DNA of 33,348 bases from a virus (Duplodnaviria > Caudoviricetes): the IMG/VR virus record IMGVR_UViG_3300033565_000069, positions 1-33,348 of that record; one strand, written 5' to 3'. Numbering within the stretch: the stretch's first letter is position 1; every line of letters begins with the position of its first letter. This document shows positions 8,611-16,537 of this stretch, piece after piece. Under the pieces are notes generated by a model that had not been told where the DNA came from, did not search any database, and saw only the letters and a program-made list of their open reading frames with translations. The position numbers were made by a program, and so were the translations under genes.

Positions 8611-8632
8611 TAATGGTATACATTACACGAAT

Positions 8633-9433
8633 GTGAAAAGGGGGATCACAAATATCATGAAATCTAGAAAATCTGCATTTATTCTACTAGGAATATCTTT
8701 TATTTTTATATTTGGTATGTTGTTTTTTTCTGATTTGGATAAGGTAAATCATGAAGGAGAAGCAAGAACGCCTTCTGGCTCGATTATTCTGAAAGGCGAC
8801 AATTATCTGGAAGTAATTGATACATTCAAAGAGGCTGGTTTCATCAACATTAGAACCGAAGTCATTGAAGACTTAATCCTTGGTTGGCTGACTAAAGATG
8901 GAGAAGTCGAGTCTGTTTCTGTTGACGGTAACATAGATTATTCACCAGACGATTGGTACCCTCCCAATGTTGAAGTAGTTATTACATACCACACATTTTC
9001 GAAGCCTGATCCTGAAGTTGTCGTGGATTTTCCAAAAGAAAATGCTATGAGATCTGTGGCAGTAGCCTTTACGAATTATTACGCTGACGATGTGTTTCAA
9101 GAAGACGGTAACCACTATGACATTTCGAAATTTCATAGTTATGCAGATGTCTCTGGATTCTTCTTGAACATTATCGATGAAGGTGTTTGGAGTGAAAAAG
9201 ATGAAGAAACATGGCATGTTGAACACATAAAGCTGAAACATGACTTTTACTCTTCAATTTTTAACATATCGGTAGATGTGAGTTTTGATGGAAAGGTTTA
9301 TATTTTGTCAGACCTGAAGGGATCTGCACCGTCTTATGAGGATATTGGCGTCTTTGAAGATGAAGGAAATTTCTCCATGTTCTTTTATGTACCTATAAAA
9401 CTCATCGAGGAAGATAGAGTCGCGAAAAATTAA
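8633..9433 (+). CDS. Membrane-anchored acidic extracytoplasmic protein (PASTA-like/DUF4839-associated domain, tentative)
   Basis: Single N-terminal TM; AGFINI...GWLTKDGEVESVSVDG...VVITYHTF motif; start could be the ATG at 8657. Confidence 0.7.
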   Translation: MKRGITNIMKSRKSAFILLGISFIFIFGMLFFSDLDKVNHEGEARTPSGSIILKGDNYLEVIDTFKEAGFINIRTEVIEDLILGWLTKDGEVESVSVDGNIDYSPDDWYPPNVEVVITYHTFSKPDPEVVVDFPKENAMRSVAVAFTNYYADDVFQEDGNHYDISKFHSYADVSGFFLNIIDEGVWSEKDEETWHVEHIKLKHDFYSSIFNISVDVSFDGKVYILSDLKGSAPSYEDIGVFEDEGNFSMFFYVPIKLIEEDRVAKN

Positions 9434-9548
9434 CTTCGTATCATCATAATCACTTATTATTAGTATCGATAATTCAATCCTTTATGCGAAAGTATTCATG
9501 TAGTGCTAGATAAACTACTCAATCATGATCATTACCTCTTGATTCTAT

Positions 9549-9606
9549 TACTCACCTGTTGAAGGAATCAGAGTCAAAGGTACGCCAAATTCTTGCTCAA
9601 ATTTGA
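9549..9606 (+). repeat. Copy 2 of 58-bp direct repeat (orphaned int 3' end)
   Basis: Encodes THLLKESESKVRQILAQI*; ends 13 bp before the first arm site. Confidence 0.9.
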
Positions 9607-9658
9607 GCAGAAAAAAGTTTGTATAGTCAATGTATAGTCAGAGGCATATTAAAGCATC

Positions 9659-9683
9659 AAAAAAGCCCCAGAAATGGGGCTTT
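9659..9683 (-). terminator. Intrinsic terminator for the tRNA reconstituted on integration
   Basis: AAAGCCCCA-GAAA-TGGGGCTTT with 6 T on the minus strand, just downstream of the tRNA CCA end. Confidence 0.8.
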
Positions 9684-9692
9684 ACTCACCAC

Positions 9693-9711
9693 TGGAGCGG
9701 ATGATGGGAAT
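9693..9711 (-). other. att core = 3' 19 nt of a tRNA-Gly
   Basis: Minus strand ATTCCCATCATCCGCTCCA = T-loop end, T-stem, acceptor 3' strand CATCCGC, U73 discriminator and CCA. Confidence 0.85.
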
Positions 9712-9843
9712 GGTTTTTTATCTTCTTTTACTCTCCATTTCCCTTCAAATCCCCCGATTTCAGTGGTATTCCTTCCAATTAATTCAGATCTTTATGGTGT
9801 TGTATAGTCATTTGTATAGTCAATGAATTATCACAAAAACTAA

Positions 9844-10449
9844 TCAGCTATACTTCGCAAACACTTTTCGTTGTAGTGATAAGTAGTTCTTCAAGTCCAT
9901 CAAGCTATTTTCGAAATTCGGGTTCTCGCTTCTTTCAACAGCATGATCTCCAATATCGTTTCGTTCAATTAACTCTTGAGTTAGTTTACGAACTGAATCT
10001 ATCAATTTGTTAAGTCGTTCTATATTGATAGCTTCTTGGATATCCAGTTCAGCACCAGTACTAGAAAGCTCATCTACAAGAATTCCAACATTTTCATCAA
10101 GATTTAGTATCATAGAATTTTCTAATTTTCCATTCTTTGCAGCTAGAATGTACTTGGTAAAACTCTCATCGAATTTAATAATCGCTGTCGGCAAGGCTTT
10201 TCGATTTTTATGATTTTTCATAGCTATATAACCTGCATATGCAGCTAACGCTCCTACTGTTACGGCTACACCAATTGCCAGTTGTTTGTTCATAGGTGAA
10301 TTACCGACAACTTTTGTGACATTTTTTAGATGATAAACAATTCTCCCTTTTTGATCTCTAACTACTCCTCCAAATACTTTTAAAGTACCTTTTACAATCT
10401 CAGCATGAATGTCAGCTGGGATATCAAAGAAAACCTGGATTACTGCCAT
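9844..10449 (-). CDS. Hypothetical protein with one central TM helix
   Basis: GGVVRDQKGRIVYHL N-terminal motif; hydrophobic LAIGVAVTVGALAAYAGYIAM; helical C-terminus. Confidence 0.7.
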   Translation of the reverse strand: MAVIQVFFDIPADIHAEIVKGTLKVFGGVVRDQKGRIVYHLKNVTKVVGNSPMNKQLAIGVAVTVGALAAYAGYIAMKNHKNRKALPTAIIKFDESFTKYILAAKNGKLENSMILNLDENVGILVDELSSTGAELDIQEAINIERLNKLIDSVRKLTQELIERNDIGDHAVERSENPNFENSLMDLKNYLSLQRKVFAKYS

Positions 10450-10554
10450 TTTTCCACCCTTCTTGTAGCTAAACGCTAACGTTCTTTCTTCTTAATTGAC
10501 AACTAGAACTAAAGTTGCACATCTTGTTGATTCAATAAATTACTATACCGAGAA

Positions 10555-10779
10555 TCACAAATGATTCTTTACGAAATCGTCATCATAATCTGCATCGCCA
10601 TTCATCATATCAATTGCTTTACCAACATTCATATATGAATTCGCTTCTGATATTGCACAATTCGCACATACATCTCCATCATATTCTTCATCATATGAAA
10701 TACTTCCATCGAATTCAGAATTATATTCATCTCTCGCTTCATCAACATCAAATTCCGCCCCACATCTGGTACAAATCAT
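10555..10779 (-). CDS. Small acidic zinc-binding protein
   Basis: CTRC and CANC pairs; very D/E-rich; AGGAGG RBS. Confidence 0.75.
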   Translation of the reverse strand: MICTRCGAEFDVDEARDEYNSEFDGSISYDEEYDGDVCANCAISEANSYMNVGKAIDMMNGDADYDDDFVKNHL

Positions 10780-10961
10780 CCTACATCAACCTCCTTTCTT
10801 TTTACTGGGAATCCAGCCTAAATCAGCTCTTTCTTTCTAGGAAAGAAATAACTGTAAATTCCGCAAATCATCTCACTCTTCTTATTGAACTATTTGATCC
10901 GAGTTCTTAACACATGCTCATACACTGTTTATTAGGTATTAACTAATTCTGTTAACATAGT

Positions 10962-11384
10962 CTATAAATCATCATTAACTGTGTTAATGATCTTCAATGG
11001 GAATACCCAAGCATTACGCATCAAACCATCCCATCCCCTCTGCAATTCTTTAAAAGGCTCACCACTTAATACCGGGTTGCCAAGGAATAGATACTGGCCG
11101 GGTTTCCTTACTTCAAATAAATATAACTTCTTCTTACTATGACATGTATCTGCAAGCATTTTGTTCAAGTGGAGATCAATGTTTTGATCCCCATTTTTGC
11201 CATATCCAGTAAAAAGTAGTGTGTCACCGTTCCATCTATCTTTAGTGGGAGCCAAAGTGTAATTTGAAATCAAGACAAGCGAATCAAGATGCTTTGAATA
11301 GCAAATCGATCCGCTATTAACACATAAAAACTCTCTCCAAATTACCCCATCATATACTTTTCCTGGTTCGAAGTTTATTGACAT
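10962..11384 (-). CDS. Stand-alone SRA/YDG-like modified-base reader domain
   Basis: DRWNGDTLLFTGYGKNGDQ...NKMLA...LYLFEV...Y.F.G...EPFKE.Q...R.AWVFPLK matches the SRA half of SRA-HNH enzymes; no HNH follows. Confidence 0.7.
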   Translation of the reverse strand: MSINFEPGKVYDGVIWREFLCVNSGSICYSKHLDSLVLISNYTLAPTKDRWNGDTLLFTGYGKNGDQNIDLHLNKMLADTCHSKKKLYLFEVRKPGQYLFLGNPVLSGEPFKELQRGWDGLMRNAWVFPLKIINTVNDDL

Positions 11385-11440
11385 GATTATCCTCGCTTCA
11401 TCAATTCCACAGTCATATTCATTAGTTGACTTGATAAATT

Positions 11441-11764
11441 TTAGTAGTCTTCAAACTTCTCTAGATTTTCGATAACTTTCTCTTTCCTAATTTCATCGAG
11501 CGATTCAAGGTCTCTATACTTCTTCCTAACTAGTTTCAGAATCTCAAGATCAATGTCAATAAAATCATATAGATACATTGCTTGAAATATCTCGTATAGC
11601 GCTTCAGAGTAATCTGAAGGAGATGCTTGTCCTTTGTGATAGTGGTAATATTGATCAGTCCTATCTAAGTAATAGATTCCATGTGTCATCTGTGATTTAG
11701 ATGCCAACGTTCCATCATCCTTAATCCACTTAGCCAACATTCTCGCTTCATCTTTAAATGCCAT
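11441..11764 (-). CDS. Hypothetical protein
   Basis: 107-aa ORF with AGGGG RBS, co-oriented within the island. Confidence 0.65.
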   Translation of the reverse strand: MAFKDEARMLAKWIKDDGTLASKSQMTHGIYYLDRTDQYYHYHKGQASPSDYSEALYEIFQAMYLYDFIDIDLEILKLVRKKYRDLESLDEIRKEKVIENLEKFEDY

Positions 11765-11795
11765 GTTAAGCCCCTTTCATTTTTCGTTTCCCTAA

Positions 11796-12977
11796 TTACT
11801 TGATTGAACACAAGTAGACACTTGGTTCAAAATTCAGTAAATCTTGTATATGACTATGTAGAATATAATAACTCGCAGTCATTTGCTCAACATTCAACTC
11901 ATAAACTCGATATATGAAATACTTGCTATCATCCTGCCTTATTCGTTCAAGTTCATTAGCAGTGAGATAGAACGGTTCGTTTTTACTGCCTGTTGTTGAC
12001 TTAACTTCGATGTAAATTTCTTCACCATTTTGATCATACGATAGAATATCATAGCCAAGGCCATCTCCCTCGGTGACTGATCTCCAGATTGGTTCAAGAT
12101 TACTACCATTTATTCGATTGTAATCCGCTAATTTTTCCACCTCATTATTCAAGATAATCTCTTCAGCCAACTTCCCACGTAATGTTTTTTCCTCATTATC
12201 TTTAATATGATCGATAATTCTTCCCCTGAATTGAGAAACAGTAGCTTTCTTCTTTATTCCTTTGGGGACTGGTTCATTGACTAGGGTGAACTTCCTTGCA
12301 TCTACTTCCACTGGAATAGGTTTATTGTCAGGAGTGCTTAATATTTTCGATATCGAGTTTACTGCTGCTGTTTTGTTTATTTTCGATTTCAACTTATTGA
12401 AGACTTCAATTGTAGTCGAAAGATCCAACATCAGTTGCTTGTCTGTAGGTAAATCTTCGATCAGATATTTATATCCCCATACATGAGAAACTTGATATCC
12501 CAATGCATTTGTATCTTTACTGTTTGACGTTAGGTGGATTGAGTTTACGCCTCTCATATCCCTTAACTCATCTGAGATCAAATTCCTCCATTCATTAGCA
12601 ACTCGTCCTGCAGCTTCAAGCTTTAGAGCTGTTTTATGAAGATTTCTGTTTTCTGCATAGGGCGTCCAGGCCTGATTAATGCTTAAATACAAATACTTTC
12701 GCTGGTCATCAAAAAGATAGACAATATAGTAACCTTCACTTGCTTTTGAGGTTACATCTAAATCGAAAATGCAGATCCAAGGATTGAACGTCCACTGTCC
12801 TTGTCCGCATGAGCCTTTTACTTTTAGTCTCTTATCTGCAACAACATTATACTTTCTTATTTGCTCCGGTATCTCCTTAACTAGCAAAGTATAAGTGCTT
12901 GATGATGGATCACCAAAGCTCATGTTTCTTCTTTCATTGTCATAATTCTGCGAAAACTTAATGATTTCGTCCCTCAT
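11796..12977 (-). CDS. DUF3578 (McrB-N-like) + DUF3883 PD-(D/E)XK nuclease; putative type IV restriction enzyme
   Basis: KGSCGQGQWTFNPWICIFD...EGYYIVYLF...YLSINQ N-terminus; GDGLGYDILS...YIEVKST...FYLTANE...YFIYRV C-terminus. Confidence 0.85.
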   Translation of the reverse strand: MRDEIIKFSQNYDNERRNMSFGDPSSSTYTLLVKEIPEQIRKYNVVADKRLKVKGSCGQGQWTFNPWICIFDLDVTSKASEGYYIVYLFDDQRKYLYLSINQAWTPYAENRNLHKTALKLEAAGRVANEWRNLISDELRDMRGVNSIHLTSNSKDTNALGYQVSHVWGYKYLIEDLPTDKQLMLDLSTTIEVFNKLKSKINKTAAVNSISKILSTPDNKPIPVEVDARKFTLVNEPVPKGIKKKATVSQFRGRIIDHIKDNEEKTLRGKLAEEIILNNEVEKLADYNRINGSNLEPIWRSVTEGDGLGYDILSYDQNGEEIYIEVKSTTGSKNEPFYLTANELERIRQDDSKYFIYRVYELNVEQMTASYYILHSHIQDLLNFEPSVYLCSIK

Positions 12978-13060
12978 TATTTTCCCCTCCGCTTTACTTT
13001 TATATCATGTAATACAGACCATCAAATGATCAAGAATCAAGTATAACCAAGAAGTGATCC

Positions 13061-13633
13061 CTATCTTACACGATTAATAAGTTTCTCGAATAGTAGTGTA
13101 GTAGCAATTGCATCATGCAAAGCGCTATGTCTTTTCTCAACTTTGATATCGAGTAATTGAAACACTTTGGACGAACTTGCGATATCAACATCCATAATCC
13201 CGGAGATATTAAGGAATTGAACTATTGAATATGTATCTATGCTCCTATGAGAGAATAAGTTGCTAAATGATCTATCGTTTTGAATAAAGAATTGCTTAAG
13301 GAAGTTGATATCGAATTGCACGTTATGTCCTGCAATAATGATCTTGTAATCACTTGGAAAATTCTTTCTACAGAATTCGATGAACGATTTCAATGCTTGA
13401 CTGGGTTCTATAGCCTTTAAATCGTGTTGACTTTGTTCGAATTTGTTGATTCTTTGTGCCTCATTAGTGACCACATAGCTTTCGTGCTTAATGAACAACT
13501 CTTTTTGATCGATGATTCCTTTGTTAGCATCCCAAACCACGAGACCGATCTGTAACAAACTATGCTTAAAAGGATCCGTCCCACCGGTTTCAGTATCTAT
13601 AAATAATAGTCTATCGTTGAAACGATTTTTCAT
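13061..13633 (-). CDS. DEDDh 3'-5' exonuclease (DnaQ/RNase T-like)
   Basis: FIDTETGG (ExoI), GHNVQFD (ExoII), HSALHD (ExoIII). Confidence 0.9.
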   Translation of the reverse strand: MKNRFNDRLLFIDTETGGTDPFKHSLLQIGLVVWDANKGIIDQKELFIKHESYVVTNEAQRINKFEQSQHDLKAIEPSQALKSFIEFCRKNFPSDYKIIIAGHNVQFDINFLKQFFIQNDRSFSNLFSHRSIDTYSIVQFLNISGIMDVDIASSSKVFQLLDIKVEKRHSALHDAIATTLLFEKLINRVR

Positions 13634-14415
13634 TTTTGCTCCTTAACATATTTCGTTGATCGATCTTTGATAGCCGACAATTCGCCTAAAACATAATTAT
13701 ACATATCTCCATCTTTACCAAGGAGAATTGCTGGTACTGTACTTTGCTCTTTTTGATGGTTGAAAAATGAGATTAATGCAAGATCACCTATTTTGTAGTA
13801 GCTATTTTGAAGATTCCCTTCGAATAGGAATATCTCAGGATCAAATCTTTCAAAAAACGCTATCGATTCTACGATATGCTCAATTACCTTCTCAATAGGC
13901 ATATGAAATCGACGGGCATACATAGAGATTACTTCTTCATTATTAAAATCAGGGAAGATTATAGTTATTTTCCCGCCATTCTTATGAAACTTCTTGAGCT
14001 GATCCTCGACTCGGCGGTAAAACCAGTCTCCATATACTATGCATATTATGAACTCTTTTTGACCACTTAATAATACTCGCCAATCAATGTCTCTGAAGTT
14101 TTCGTAATAGTACTCAATTCCACTTGATACGAGATTGTTACTTAAGTTTGTTAGATTAATAACTTCTTTCATAAATGTTTTTTTCGCAGCAACCTCCCAA
14201 ATCAAGAATACAGCTGCTGTCGAAGCCAGTGTGTATAGGATAGACACAATAATGAACTTAAAGTGAATTTGATCTGACACATAAGTATCAATGGATAGAG
14301 CAAGTAAATGTAGCACAATGAACAAGACTAATGCGAAGAAGAAATACTTCCAGTTGGTCTTAACTCTATAATCAAAGAGAAATTGCGAGGTGCTGTTTTT
14401 AATTCTTGGTGCCAT
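13630..14415 (-). CDS. 2TM protein with a C-terminal alpha/beta (possibly PLD-like, HKD-less) domain
   Basis: TMs YFFFALVLFIVLHLLALSI and FIIVSILYTLASTAAVFLIW; SGIEYYY...IDWRVLL...KITIIFPDFN pattern; ATGA overlap with the exonuclease gene. Confidence 0.7.
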   Translation of the reverse strand: MAPRIKNSTSQFLFDYRVKTNWKYFFFALVLFIVLHLLALSIDTYVSDQIHFKFIIVSILYTLASTAAVFLIWEVAAKKTFMKEVINLTNLSNNLVSSGIEYYYENFRDIDWRVLLSGQKEFIICIVYGDWFYRRVEDQLKKFHKNGGKITIIFPDFNNEEVISMYARRFHMPIEKVIEHIVESIAFFERFDPEIFLFEGNLQNSYYKIGDLALISFFNHQKEQSTVPAILLGKDGDMYNYVLGELSAIKDRSTKYVKEQK

Positions 14416-15064
14416 ATAAATCCCCGTTCATTACGTTATGTTCTTCTGTTTCAGATATTAACTTACTTAATTCATCTTTGGTAATCCAAGGCCTCTTTCG
14501 GTGAATCATCTTATGGCAGTTCGAACATAGTAACACTATGTCATTGATCCTAGTCTTATAACCCTCTGGGATGTTTGACACTGGAATAATATGATGACCT
14601 TCAATATAGTCTGCCCCAATTTCCCCATATTTTTTCTCAAAGTCAAAATGACAAACCTCACAATCCAAAATACCATTCTCACTCTTTCTTTTTTCTTTGG
14701 CCAACTTAATTACTTTTGGATTTCGTTCATAGGTTAGATGAACTTGCATCTTCTCTTTACCTTCAGGAAATTCCTGAACAGCTTTTTCATTTTCAGAAAC
14801 TTCCTTAAATTCGCGCAAGCCCCATATACCTTTCCCCTTACCTTCAACAGCATAGAAAATATCACCGTGATGTGTAAAAATCTTGCAGTCACTCGAATTC
14901 ATATAAATTGTTTTTCTTGCACTGTCTTTCCATGAAGGATTAGCAGCAAAATCCATGATATTACGCTCGAATATCTTTGCATAAACTTGTCGTAATGTCG
15001 CCTTTCCACCAAGATCCTCGAATACATCAATTACTTCATCTAGCCAACGCTTTGGTTGTGGCAT
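14399..15064 (-). CDS. Winged-helix-like + McrA-type HNH endonuclease
   Basis: LGGKATLRQVY...SARKTIY...GKGIWGLR N-terminus; EGK...H..YERNP, CEVC.FDF..KYG...IEGHH, LCSNCHKMIH. Confidence 0.85.
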   Translation of the reverse strand: MPQPKRWLDEVIDVFEDLGGKATLRQVYAKIFERNIMDFAANPSWKDSARKTIYMNSSDCKIFTHHGDIFYAVEGKGKGIWGLREFKEVSENEKAVQEFPEGKEKMQVHLTYERNPKVIKLAKEKRKSENGILDCEVCHFDFEKKYGEIGADYIEGHHIIPVSNIPEGYKTRINDIVLLCSNCHKMIHRKRPWITKDELSKLISETEEHNVMNGDLYGTKN

Positions 15065-15083
15065 TTTCCCCCTACTTTCTTAC

Positions 15084-16457
15084 TTACTTATTCGTGAAGT
15101 ACATTTTTAATAATTCTTCGAGTGTTAACTTGACCCCAATCTTCTCAATTTCATCCTTACGTTTCAAATATAAGTCCTTTATCAGTTCCTCTGCATCAAA
15201 ACCATAATGAATCTTATTGTGACAGTGGCTGCAAAGCGATACTATATTAGCCTCAACATCTATGGAAGTATTAAGTATTCCTTGCATCGCCATTGGTATG
15301 AGGTGATGAGGTTCGGTGTAAGGAAGAGAACCTTTCTTTCTTTTAAACGTTATGTGACTTGGGTCGATCTCACATTTACCTTCTGCCAATAGTAATGCAT
15401 TCACTGCTACTGACTTATTACGTGGGTAAACCATTTTGTTACCGGATGGAACGGGCGTTGGTTTCGCAACTGGCTTTGCTATATATTCTTTTGGAGTTGG
15501 ATCTCGAGAAACAAGTTCATTTACATCTTCGTTCATCTCTTGATCAAGTTCAATCTCCATTGGACTTACTTCAGGTGTTTTTGTACAGAAGTACTTCAAA
15601 GTATCTTTCTTAATGTTTGAACTCATTTTGAGTAGAGTTTGATCAAGGATATAATCAAACAATCCTTTATTAGCAACAAAGAAGTAACCTTTTATACCAT
15701 CACCATTCTTATCAAATGGCGAGTATCTCTTTATTGGAAATTTTAAGTACTCATCTCTGTGGTTACCAGAATAGATCGGATTATCAACTTTGAAATACTC
15801 ACTATCTACTCTCCACCCTTCGATCGTCCCACCCTTACCATCAGGTTTTAGGTAGGTGTAGCAATCCTCCTTGACTCTGCTAAATGCGTAAATTCTTGCT
15901 TTATGGCTATGAATAATAAGGTCGCCCTTTTTTGCCTTCACTAAACTAGACCAGTGATGAATTAGGTTTCCTTTACTATTTCTCTTGGGAGCCCACAGAT
16001 ATTCACGAGTTGACTCATCTAGATAATTCTCGTTTTGATGCACAAAGAAGTAATTGATTTCATTCATTGAATATCGTTGAGATTCTAGATATCCTTTAAG
16101 TTGTTCTGTAACTAAAGAAGGACCCTGAACTTGATTTAGTCCGTTAACCACTAATTCATCATATCGATATACATTACTATACTTTTCAATCAATTTTACT
16201 CTCATGTATCTTCCAGTATTAGCATAATTCGTATCGTCGATCTCGTATTTTATGGAATCAATTTCCTTTTCTACAAGATCCACCCGAGTTACTTTACACT
16301 TAAATCGAATTTCTCGTATAGGATCAGAAACATAGAAATAAACACCATCCCCAACTTGGACATTTGTTGACTGTTTGAAATCAATTTCATCCAGCTCTTC
16401 GAAAGCACCAACTAAATCAAACATTTTAGGACTACATACAGTGATCCACTCTGACAT
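15084..16457 (-). CDS. Tandem EVE/PUA-like domains + McrA-type HNH endonuclease
   Basis: Domain 1 W...SPK.FD...KQSTNVQVGDGVYFYVS.P; domain 2 FFVHQ...YLWAP...W..L..AKKGDLIIH; HNH YTEPHHLIP...NIVSLCSHCHNKIHYG. Confidence 0.8.
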   Translation of the reverse strand: MSEWITVCSPKMFDLVGAFEELDEIDFKQSTNVQVGDGVYFYVSDPIREIRFKCKVTRVDLVEKEIDSIKYEIDDTNYANTGRYMRVKLIEKYSNVYRYDELVVNGLNQVQGPSLVTEQLKGYLESQRYSMNEINYFFVHQNENYLDESTREYLWAPKRNSKGNLIHHWSSLVKAKKGDLIIHSHKARIYAFSRVKEDCYTYLKPDGKGGTIEGWRVDSEYFKVDNPIYSGNHRDEYLKFPIKRYSPFDKNGDGIKGYFFVANKGLFDYILDQTLLKMSSNIKKDTLKYFCTKTPEVSPMEIELDQEMNEDVNELVSRDPTPKEYIAKPVAKPTPVPSGNKMVYPRNKSVAVNALLLAEGKCEIDPSHITFKRKKGSLPYTEPHHLIPMAMQGILNTSIDVEANIVSLCSHCHNKIHYGFDAEELIKDLYLKRKDEIEKIGVKLTLEELLKMYFTNK

Positions 16458-16537
16458 TTTACTCCCCCTTTCAAAAGTTACTAAATTGAGTAAATTGATT
16501 TGTTGGTCGCAAAACTTGACGTTTGTGTGTCTTTCTT

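Larger units (their letters stand above)
9620..9822. other. attP: four TGTATAGTCA arm-type repeats flanking a tRNA-derived core
   Basis: TGTATAGTCA at 9620, 9631, 9801 and 9813 (two per side); core at 9693-9711. Confidence 0.85.

Noticed and set aside
9640-9780. Complete tRNA gene
   Set aside because: Similarity stops inside the T-loop after 19 nt; no D or anticodon arm. It is an att core.
9619-9807. 62-aa ORF across attP
   Set aside because: No RBS; it spans arm sites, terminator and core and would be split on integration.
9620-9822. CRISPR array or iterons from the TGTATAGTCA repeats
   Set aside because: Only 10 bp long, in two tight pairs without spacers; geometry fits integrase arm sites. 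No cas genes.
13061-14415. Assignment to CBASS, Pycsar, Hailong or Metis
   Set aside because: No CD-NTase, cyclase or NTase motifs, and I cannot match the proteins to those families by eye.
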